A stretch of 32,000 nt of DNA, taken from positions 56,715 to 88,714 of the forward strand of contig CALXAT010000004.1 in assembly GCA_944386365.1 (NCBI GenBank), given 5' to 3'. This DNA is from an uncultured Clostridia bacterium (GTDB lineage: Bacteria > Bacillota > Clostridia > TANB77 > CAG-508). This document shows, piece after piece, positions 1 through 7,849 of the stretch. The notes under the pieces are model-generated. The model had not been told where the DNA came from, did no database searches, and saw only the letters and a list, made by a program, of their open reading frames with translations. Each line of letters starts with the position of its first letter. The stretch's first letter is position 1. A program made the position numbers and the translations under genes.

Positions 1-743
1 AAAAATTAATAGAAACATATAAAGAAAAAAAGATTAATTTTGATGATAAATCTTTATATAAAAAAGAAAATAAAAAAAATATATTTAAAAATAAAAGAGA
101 TATGCCCATATTAGAGGATTTATATAATATTTTAAAAAAAGATAAAAAAACTGAAAAATTTTCTATAAAATTAATTCCATTTGTCAAAGGTTCAATGAAA
201 TTTTTTAATAATTATACAAATATAGAATTAAAAAATGAATTAATTATTGCAGATATATATGAATTAGGTGAGGAAAATTTAAAATATGGTATGTATTTAT
301 TTACAGATATTTTTTGGGATAAAATTAAAGAAAATAGAAAAGAAAAAAAAGCAATATATTTAGATGAAATTTGGAGGTTAATAGGTGTAACTTCTAATAA
401 AAATGTAGCCAGTTTTATATATAAAATATTTAAGACGATAAGAAAATATGGAGGAAGTAGTGTTGCTATAACGCAAGATATTTCTGATTTATTTAGTTTA
501 GAAAATGGAATTTATGGAAAAAGTATTTTAAACAATTCTAGTATAAAAACATTTTTTGCATTAGAAGAAGAAAATATAAAAGTATTATCAGAATATGCAA
601 ATTTGTCAGAAAAAGAAAAAATAGAAATTAAATCACTAAAAAGAGGAGAGTGTTTAATGTTTGTAGGAGAAGATCATATATTAACAAAAATTGAATGCTC
701 AGATGATGAATATGAAATTATAAAAGGAGAAAAAAATGACTAA
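1..743 (+). CDS. VirB4/TcpF-like conjugative type IV secretion ATPase, C-terminal part (5' end lies left of the window)
   Basis: The frame of ORF 102..743 stays open back to nt 3, so the gene is cut by the window edge. The translation has a VirB4/TrsE-type Walker B block (AIYLDEIWRLIG) and a downstream RKYGGSSVAITQDISD block. Stop TAA is at 741-743. Confidence 0.75.
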   Translation, partial: KLIETYKEKKINFDDKSLYKKENKKNIFKNKRDMPILEDLYNILKKDKKTEKFSIKLIPFVKGSMKFFNNYTNIELKNELIIADIYELGEENLKYGMYLFTDIFWDKIKENRKEKKAIYLDEIWRLIGVTSNKNVASFIYKIFKTIRKYGGSSVAITQDISDLFSLENGIYGKSILNNSSIKTFFALEEENIKVLSEYANLSEKEKIEIKSLKRGECLMFVGEDHILTKIECSDDEYEIIKGEKND

Positions 744-1773
744 AATATTAACAGCCATAAATGACCAAAAAATACTAAAAAAAATAATAAAAAATAAAAT
801 AACAGAAAATAAAAATATTTTATATAAAGAAGCAATTATTGATATATTAAAAAAAAATAAAAATATAGATTTAATAATTATTAGTGAAAAAATTCCTGGA
901 GATATAAATTTAATAAAATTAATAAAAAAAATAAAACAAATTAATAAAAAAATAAAAATAATTATAATTTTAGAAAATAAAAAAATGAAAAAAGAATTAA
1001 TAAAAATAAATATAAAAAATATTTATTATAATAATATTTTTAGCGTTTATAAACTAATAAAAAAATTAAAAGTAAGAAAAGGTTATCATATTACTGAAAA
1101 TTTATTTATTAATCACAATATAAATAAATTAAAAAATATATTTAATTATCAAAATAAAAAAACAGAAAAGAATGAAAACAACATAATATGTATATTTGGA
1201 GAAAATAAAATAGATAAAAAGATAATAGAATTAATTATAATAAAAAAATTATTAATAAAAAATAAAAATATAATAATTATGAATTTTAAATTAAATAATA
1301 AAAGAGAAAAAAATAGGAAAATAATTAAAATAAAAAAAATAAAGAATAAATATAATTTAAAGTTAAAAATAAAAAATATTAATGAAATAAAAATAAAAGA
1401 AAAAGTGATAAATAATAAAATAAAAAAAATAATAAATATTAATAATATATTAAAAAATAAAAATAAAATGATTAAAATAAAAATATTAAAAAATATAATA
1501 AAAAAATATAGTAAAAATAAATATTATATAGTAATTAATATACAATTTTCGTATAAAAATATAAATAAAATACCTTTGCAAAGCAAATATATAAATATAA
1601 TAAATTTAGAAAATAATAAAAAAAATTTATTAAAATTAAATAAATATAAAAAAGAAAATAAAAATGCATATTTAATATTAAATAATTATATTAAAAATAA
1701 TTTATCAAGATATTTTTATAAAATATTATTAAAAAATAAATTTAAAAAAATAAAAATTATTAATTTAATTTAA
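736..1773 (+). CDS. Ultra-low-complexity K/I/N-rich protein (345 aa); possibly a pseudo-receiver plus degenerate ParA/MinD-like fold (CpaE/TadZ-like)
   Basis: AAGGAG lies 6 nt upstream of the ATG. There is an 8-nt ATGACTAA overlap with the upstream ATPase gene. The frame is open for 345 codons in ~10% GC DNA, where TAA should occur about every ten codons. The N-terminus (KILTAIND...IDLIIISEKIPGDINLIKLIKKIK...IKIIIIL) resembles a receiver lacking the acceptor Asp. IICIFGENKIDKK sits where a deviant Walker A would be. The fold assignment is weak. Confidence 0.5.
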   Translation: MTKILTAINDQKILKKIIKNKITENKNILYKEAIIDILKKNKNIDLIIISEKIPGDINLIKLIKKIKQINKKIKIIIILENKKMKKELIKINIKNIYYNNIFSVYKLIKKLKVRKGYHITENLFINHNINKLKNIFNYQNKKTEKNENNIICIFGENKIDKKIIELIIIKKLLIKNKNIIIMNFKLNNKREKNRKIIKIKKIKNKYNLKLKIKNINEIKIKEKVINNKIKKIININNILKNKNKMIKIKILKNIIKKYSKNKYYIVINIQFSYKNINKIPLQSKYINIINLENNKKNLLKLNKYKKENKNAYLILNNYIKNNLSRYFYKILLKNKFKKIKIINLI

Positions 1774-1798
1774 CAAATAAAATAATTATTAATAAAAA

Positions 1799-2637
1799 AA
1801 ATAAAAATAAAAAAATAATAATAAAATAATAATAAAATAATAATAAATATATAAAATGTAAAAAACTATAAAAATATTTTTATAAATATAAGACATAAAA
1901 AATATTAATAAAAAAAGAATATAATGAACGAAAAAGTATTATTGTAAAATATCATTTATACAAATGGTAAAAAATGTAAAATAGAAAAAGAAAAAGTTCA
2001 TTTAAAAAAAATGGAAAATATAAAGGTAAACATAAATAAAAAAGATATAATTCAAAAAAATTATATAAATTTATAAAATTAAAACTAATAGAAATTTAAA
2101 AATGTAAGTTTACAAATATAAGAAGATTAATTAAAAACAAAAGAGATAAATAAAAATATAAAAAATGAAAATACTCCAAAAAAGAAAAGAAAATGCTACG
2201 CAAATAAAGAAAAAGTAAAAATGAAAGAATAAAGTATATTGAAAAAGCCAATAAATACAAAGTAAACATAAAATTGAAATAAAATTAAAGAAAAATAAAT
2301 GAAAAGAAAAGAATTTTGAAAAAAGGCTGAATAGTGAATTTTATATGTTAGAATATAAGAAATAAAAAAATTATTGAAACATATAAAGAAAAAATAAAAA
2401 TTGTAAAAATTAAAATGATTAATAAATAATTTAAAAATAAAATATTAATAATTAATTTTATAAACAATAAAGATAAATAAAAAATTAAATAATACTATTA
2501 ATATAAAAAATAAATATAATTAATAAATATTATTTAAAATATTTATTAAATAAAAAAAATAAAATAATTAAAAAAATAAATATAAAATATAATATAAAAA
2601 ATAATATAAAAATTAAAAAGTAAATTTAATAAATAAA
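1799..2637. repeat. Repeat unit 1 (full length, ~839 nt)
   Basis: Boundaries are approximate and set relative to the anchor at 1964. Block 2026-2152 is almost identical to 4275-4400 in unit 4 (2 substitutions plus a 1-nt indel by hand alignment). Confidence 0.6.
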
Positions 2638-3172
2638 AAAATAATAATAATAAATAATAATGCTAAAAAATATAATAATAAAATAATAATAAAAATATAT
2701 AATGTAAAAAATTTATTAAAGTATTTTATAAAAAATAAAAAATATTAATAAAAAAATATATAATGAACGAAAAAGTATTATATAAAATACTATTTATATA
2801 AAATGGTAAAAAAAAAATTTAAAATTATATAAATTTAAAGAAAGAATCTTAATAAGAATAACAGAAAGAAGGTTTATAGTTATGATAACATTAATAAAAA
2901 AGAAAAGAAATAAATAAAAATAAACCCAAAGATGAAGGGAAAAGAAATTTGAAAGAAGGTGAATAAAAAAATTTATATGTAAGAATATAAGAAATAAAAA
3001 ATTACCTAAGATATAAAACTTGGAGAAATCTTATGAAGATTAAAATGAGAAATAAATTATTTATAAAGTATTTTTATAAGTAATAAAAGACAAATAAAAA
3101 AAATGAAAATAAATATTAATAAAAAAAATTCTAATTAATAATAAATAAATTATAAAAAAATAATATATAAAT
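2638..3172. repeat. Repeat unit 2 (short, ~535 nt; lacks the middle block with gctacgcaa)
   Basis: The anchor at 2803 to tatatgt at 2974 spans 171 nt, versus 375-378 nt in units 1 and 3. Block 2974-3059 matches 3713-3798 at 79 of 86 positions. Confidence 0.6.
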
Positions 3173-4047
3173 ATTATAAATAAAAAAGCAATAATAAATA
3201 ATTATAAAAATAAAATAATAATAAATATATAAAATGTAAAAAATCTATTAAAATATTTTTATAAAATATAAGAGATAAAAAATATTAACAAAAAAATAAT
3301 GAATAAAAAAGTATTAATATAAATGCTATTTATACAAATGGTAAAAAGTGTAAAAGAAAAAAATAAAAAAATTTAAAAAAATAAATCAAAGAAACAAAAG
3401 TTAACATAAATAAAGAAGAAAAAATTTTAAAAAAAGTATTTAAATTTAAAAGGAGAATTTTTATAAAAATTGCAAAAGGAAAGTTTACCGTTACAATAAA
3501 ATTAATAAAAAAGAAAAGAGATAAATAAAAAGATGAAAGATAAAAATAGAAAAAAAGAGAAAAGGAAAAGCTACGCAATTAAAGAAGAATTAAAAGTAAA
3601 AGAATAAAGTATAAGGAAAATTAAACAAACATAAAGTAAACATAAGACAAAAATAAAATTGAACTCCAAAATGCAGGTAAAGAAATTTTGAAAGAAGGTT
3701 GATTGAAAATTTTATATGTAAAAATATAAGAAATAAAAAATTACCTAAGATACAAAATCTAGATAAATCTTATGAAGATTAAAATAAGAAATAAATTAAT
3801 TACAAATGAATACTAATAATTAATTTTATAAATAATAAAATGAATAAAATAATGCAATATTAATAATATAAAAAATAAATCACGAAAAAATGTATATAAA
3901 AAAATATTAATTAAATGAAATTAATTATAAAAAAAAGAAATAATTTAAATTTAAAAATAAATATAATATAAAATATAAAAATTAAAAAATAAAATAATAA
4001 AAAAACTGTTTAAAATAAAAATATATTATAAATTTATAAAAAAATAA
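3173..4047. repeat. Repeat unit 3 (full length, ~875 nt)
   Basis: Anchors are at 3338, 3570 and 3713. It shares the 3' block with unit 2 and the middle block (aagtttac..ataaaattaataaaaaagaaaagagataaataaaaa) with units 2 and 5. Confidence 0.6.
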
Positions 4048-4921
4048 AAGAAATAATAAAGATAATAAAATATAATATTAAAATAATGATAAATATAAAA
4101 AATGAAAAAAGCTATAAAAATATTTTTATAAAATATAAGAGAGAAAAATATTAACAAAAAATAAAAAATATAATGAACAAAAAAATATTATTATAAAATA
4201 GTTTTCATATAAATGGTAAAAAGTATAAAGTAGAAAAAGAAAAAATTCATTAAAAAAAAATTGAAAATATAAAGGTAAACATAAATAAAAAAGATATAAT
4301 TCAAAAAAATTATATAAATTTATAAAATTAAAACTAATAAAAATTTAAAAATATAAGTTTACAAATATAAGAAGATTAATTAAAACAAAAGAGATAAATA
4401 GAAAAATAAATGATGAAAATACTAAAAAAAAGGAAAAGGAAATGCTACGCAATAAAAGGAAAAGTAAAAACGAAAGAATAAAGTAGAAGAAAAAAATAAA
4501 TAAGTACTAAGTAAACATAAGACAAAAATAATATTAAAATTAAATAAATGAAAAGATTAAATGAAAAAGTTGAAATGAAAAAATACAAAATCAATAATGT
4601 GACTATTAGAAAGTAATCATATAAAAAATTTTTAGAGAAAGTTAAAAAGGAAAATGAAAATTTAAATATATAAATAAACAAATTGAACGTAATAATAATA
4701 GTAATAAAAAATAAATTAAACAGATAATAAATATAATAAAAATAATCAAAAAATAAATAATATAATAATGATTAATTTAATCAAATAAAAAAAGAAAAAT
4801 AAAAATATATTTAAAATGCAAAATTTATAGTATAAAAAATATTTACTCAAATATAAGTATAAGATAAAAGATTTTATTAAATAAAAAATATATAAATAAA
4901 AATTATATTTTTTTAAATATA
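4048..4921. repeat. Repeat unit 4 (~874 nt; 5' two-thirds like unit 1, different 3' block)
   Basis: Anchors are at 4213 and 4444. Block 4275-4400 is near-identical to unit 1. The tatatgt..ttacctaagata block is replaced by unrelated sequence (4540-4690). Confidence 0.6.
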
Positions 4922-5560
4922 TAATTAATTATATAAAAAATGATAAAAATAAAAAAATATAAATAAATATTATAAAAAATAATAAAAGTAATTTAAAATA
5001 AAAAACAATAAATATCGATAAGAAATATATATAAAATAAAAAATACATAATAAGCAAATATTAAGATAATTTTCAACAAACATAAAATGGTAAAAAATGT
5101 AATATTATAAAAAGAAAAATGTTATAAAAAAATAAAAGTAGACATAAATCGAAAAGAAGAATTTTCAGAATAATTGTTTATTTTTGGAAAGCAAGAATTA
5201 ATAAATATCAAAAAGCGGAAGTTTACGTTTATAATAAAATTGATGAAAAATAAGAGAGAAAATAAAAGATTTAAATATAAAAATGAGATAAAAATAAAGA
5301 AGAAAAAACTACGTAAATAAGGAAAAAATAAAAATAAGATTATTATATAAAAATAAAAAGAGCATATAAAAGTAGTGTACATAAAATAGAAATAAAATTT
5401 TTAAAAGTAAAGTATAAACGAGGATACAATTATTTATGAATAAAAGTAAAACATATAAATATGTGAAAGAAACAAAATTTATCTAAAGAAAAAATGCGGA
5501 TAATATATAAGTGAAAATAAATAATTATATAAAGAATCTGATAAAATGATTTTATTGATA
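4922..5560. repeat. Repeat unit 5 (most diverged, terminal copy)
   Basis: The anchor at 5087 and actacgtaa at 5308 keep the same spacing as other units (222 vs 231-232 nt). The segment cggaagtttacgtttataataaaattgatgaaaaataagagagaaaataaaag parallels unit 3. Similarity fades after ~5550. Confidence 0.45.
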
Positions 5561-5736
5561 TAAAAAAATGTAATCAAAAAAAGTCAGAATAATTAGATAT
5601 AAAAATTAAAATTAAAAATGAAAATAAATAAAATATTGAATAAAAAAATAATTAAATTAGAAGTAATTATTAAAAAAATTAAATTTAATAAAGAAAGGAG
5701 AGTATAATATAAAAATTATATTATACAATAAATTAT

Positions 5737-6456
5737 ATGGAAATAAATAAAATAGAAAATGAAGTAAATTTAAATAATGAAATAAATAGAAGTAATGAAC
5801 AAAAAAGTTTTTTAGAAACTACTCTAGGAAAAACAATAAATACAGCAATAGATATAGGAATACGAGCCTTATTACCAGATTTTGTAGATGAACAGATTAT
5901 TAATATAAAAGATAATTTATTAAACTATGGTTTAAAAGAGGGTATAGCAAAAACAATTAATGATGCTATAGATACAGGGAAGAGTGCAATAGGAATATTT
6001 ACAGGAAATTTCGAAAATGTTTCACAAATGCAAACTGCAGTTAAATCAGGAGGATTAATTGATGGAATTTCTTCTTTATTAGATACAGTTGTTGATAAAG
6101 TGAATCAAAAAGGATTGATCAATTATAATATTGCAAGTACGATTAAACAAGGTAAGGATGTTATATTAAATAGTATAGAAAGTAATATCGAAGATAAATT
6201 TAAAGAACAAAATATAGAAGTAGAAAATATAGAAAAATATATAAATAAATGGAAAGAAAACTTTAATAATAAGAATTTTAAAGGTATGGAACAGCAATAT
6301 AATAAAATAGAAAAAATATTAAATAATTTGGTACCTTTAGAAAAGATAATAAATCAAGCAAGAACAATTGAAAATCTACATAATTTAATAAAAAATAATG
6401 GGCAAGATTTTAATTTAAACCAAGAACAATTAGCATTAGCTGAAAAATTAATTTAA
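5737..6456 (+). CDS. Hypothetical protein, predicted all-helical, no signal peptide or TM segment (239 aa)
   Basis: A clean ORF with normal amino-acid complexity, in contrast to the flanking tract. It is followed by a weak hairpin (gggaa-ataaa-ttccc, ~6519-6536). I recognise no family motif. Confidence 0.6.
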   Translation: MEINKIENEVNLNNEINRSNEQKSFLETTLGKTINTAIDIGIRALLPDFVDEQIINIKDNLLNYGLKEGIAKTINDAIDTGKSAIGIFTGNFENVSQMQTAVKSGGLIDGISSLLDTVVDKVNQKGLINYNIASTIKQGKDVILNSIESNIEDKFKEQNIEVENIEKYINKWKENFNNKNFKGMEQQYNKIEKILNNLVPLEKIINQARTIENLHNLIKNNGQDFNLNQEQLALAEKLI

Positions 6457-6542
6457 ATAAAATGATATAAAAATTTTAAATATTTTTTTTCATTTATATA
6501 ATTTTATTCAAAAAAAAGAGGGAAATAAATTCCCCCGTTAAT

Positions 6543-6881
6543 TTATAATTTTCTATTTTCACTTTTTAAGAATGTATTAATAGAACAAGTAAATTCATAA
6601 ATAAAATTCAAACCTTCTTTAGAACAATCGTTTAAAATTCGATTAATTTTATTTATTGTTGTATTTGTCTTATTATTACCAAATAAAATATAATCGGTAG
6701 AAACACCAGTGAAGTTAACAATTTTAGTTAATGTTTTTATACTTAATGATCTTTCACCACGCTCGATTTGTCCTAAAAAGACACTTGATATATCAATCAT
6801 TTCTGAAAATTTTTCTCTATTCATATTTAAGCCTTCACGTATTTCTCTAATTCTTTCCCCAACTTTATAATCTTCTTGCAT
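6543..6881 (-). CDS. XRE/Cro-CI family helix-turn-helix transcriptional regulator
   Basis: The N-terminal HTH_3 signature is GERIREIREGLNMNREKFSEMIDISSVFLGQIERGERSLSIKTLTKIVNFTGVSTDYILFG. RBS GAGGTG lies upstream of the ATG. Confidence 0.85.
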   Translation of the reverse strand: MQEDYKVGERIREIREGLNMNREKFSEMIDISSVFLGQIERGERSLSIKTLTKIVNFTGVSTDYILFGNNKTNTTINKINRILNDCSKEGLNFIYEFTCSINTFLKSENRKL

Positions 6882-7448
6882 AATGTCACCTCAATAAAAA
6901 TATTATTTACATTATATTACAAAAAAGTTCGAAAACCGACTGACCGAAAGCATATGAAGAAAGTATGCAAAAAGCAATTGTTAACAAAAACAACATTAGA
7001 TATTATTATACAATATTTTATAAATAATAAGTAAATTATAGAAAATAAATCTATAAATTATGGCCAAGGGTGGTGGAAAAAGGAATTAAAATTTAGTAAA
7101 ATAAAATTATTAAAAAATGAATAGAAGAAAAGACGTCAAAGGAAGAAATAACAGGTTTAGAAAAAGAATAAATTAAAGATTTAAAGATATAAGATAAAAA
7201 TAAATCCATTAAAAAAGAATTTCAAAATGGGTTTATTTTATGTTTTTAAAGTAAAAAAAAATAGCATAAAAGATAATAGAAAGTAGTGATAAAATAGAAT
7301 TTGGTTAAAAGATGGAATTATTACAAAAGAAAAAAATACAGAAAAGTTATTTTAAAAGATATAATAAATAAAAAAATATAAAAAAGTATAAAAAAAAATT
7401 TACAATCAATAATAAATAATAAAATAGGATAATTAGGAGATGAATGTA

Positions 7449-7739
7449 ATGAATTTAAAAAATTCTAGAAAAAAAGATATGATAAATATGGTATATCAAG
7501 CACAAACAGAGAAAATTGATGAAATACTAAAGAAAACAGATAAAAAAGTAGAAGATGAATTAGAAAAAATAGAAATTGAAAGAATCATTGAAGATTCCAA
7601 TTGTAAAAAAGAGCTAAGAGATATGTTACGAAAAATAGAAGATAATTACAATATGAAGGTGACAGAATATAATAAGGAGATGTATAAACAGGGATTTATT
7701 GATGGAGTCAATTTAATATTAAATTGTTTAAAAGAATAG
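7449..7739 (+). CDS. Small hypothetical protein (96-99 aa), charged and helical
   Basis: The ORF in the track starts at 7440, but AGGAG abuts that ATG. The in-frame ATG at 7449 has 9-nt spacing. It lies on the opposite strand to the XRE gene, about 560 nt away. Confidence 0.55.
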   Translation: MNLKNSRKKDMINMVYQAQTEKIDEILKKTDKKVEDELEKIEIERIIEDSNCKKELRDMLRKIEDNYNMKVTEYNKEMYKQGFIDGVNLILNCLKE

Positions 7740-7784
7740 AAAGATGAAAATATTTATTTCCCTAGGTTTTTTTAAGGATTTTAC

Positions 7785-7813
7785 TTGCAAAATAAGGTTT
7801 GTTTTAGTATAAT
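7785..7813 (+). promoter_or_regulatory. Sigma-A type promoter candidate for gyrA
   Basis: TTGCAA (7785-7790), a 17-nt spacer, then TATAAT (7808-7813), ~37 nt upstream of the gyrA ATG. Confidence 0.45.
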
Positions 7814-7849
7814 ACAAAGGTAGAAATATAAAGGAAGAGAGGGAAAACA

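Larger units (their letters stand above)
1799..5560. repeat. Array of five degenerate, mosaic tandem repeat units (535-875 nt period) in an A-rich tract with no long + strand ORF
   Basis: The anchor aaatggtaaaaa occurs at 1964, 2803, 3338, 4213 and 5087. gctacgcaa (5th copy actacgtaa) occurs at 2195, 3570, 4444 and 5308. tatatgt.a.aatataagaaataaaaaa occurs at 2342, 2974 and 3713. The supplied track has no + strand ORF between 1774 and 5736. Confidence 0.8.

Noticed and set aside
1-2396. The 19-nt word gaaacatataaagaaaaaa occurs inside the VirB4-like gene (nt 12-30) and again at 2376-2394 in repeat unit 1. This hinted that the repeats derive from VirB4 coding sequence.
   Set aside because: The match does not extend convincingly on either side, and it lies in A-rich low complexity. 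I cannot separate it from chance without a composition-corrected alignment statistic.
3330-5382. Minus-strand ORFs 3330-3578, 4445-4681 and 5122-5382 encode 78-86-aa F/L/I/S-rich peptides. They could have been tandem small hydrophobic toxins (type I TA-like).
   Set aside because: The minus strand is T-rich, so stops are rare and ORFs of ~80 codons are expected by chance. The equivalent frames in units 1 and 4 terminate after ~35 codons. The near-identical units 1 and 4 differ by compensating 1-nt indels inside this stretch (ttaaaaacaaaag vs ttaaaacaaaag), so the reading frame is not conserved. There is no RBS, and the starts are TTG or incidental ATG.
1799-5560. The repeat tract might be a CRISPR array.
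   Set aside because: The units are 535-875 nt long, degenerate and mosaic. There are no 25-40-nt identical repeats with unique spacers, and no cas genes are in the window.
1774-5736. The tract might be coding under an alternative genetic code (stop-codon reassignment).
   Set aside because: All flanking genes, including the compositionally identical ORF 736-1773, are intact and end in TAA or TAG under the standard code. All three + frames of the tract are densely interrupted by TAA. Copies also differ by 1-nt indels.
1774-5736. The A-rich repeats might be a diversity-generating retroelement template/variable pair, or a retron.
   Set aside because: There is no reverse transcriptase gene anywhere in the window. 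Differences between copies are not restricted to adenines.
7117-7176. A 19-codon highly basic micro-ORF (MNRRKDVKGRNNRFRKRIN) in the XRE upstream spacer.
   Set aside because: It has no RBS and lies in purine-rich sequence, where such ORFs arise easily. Without conservation data it cannot be supported.
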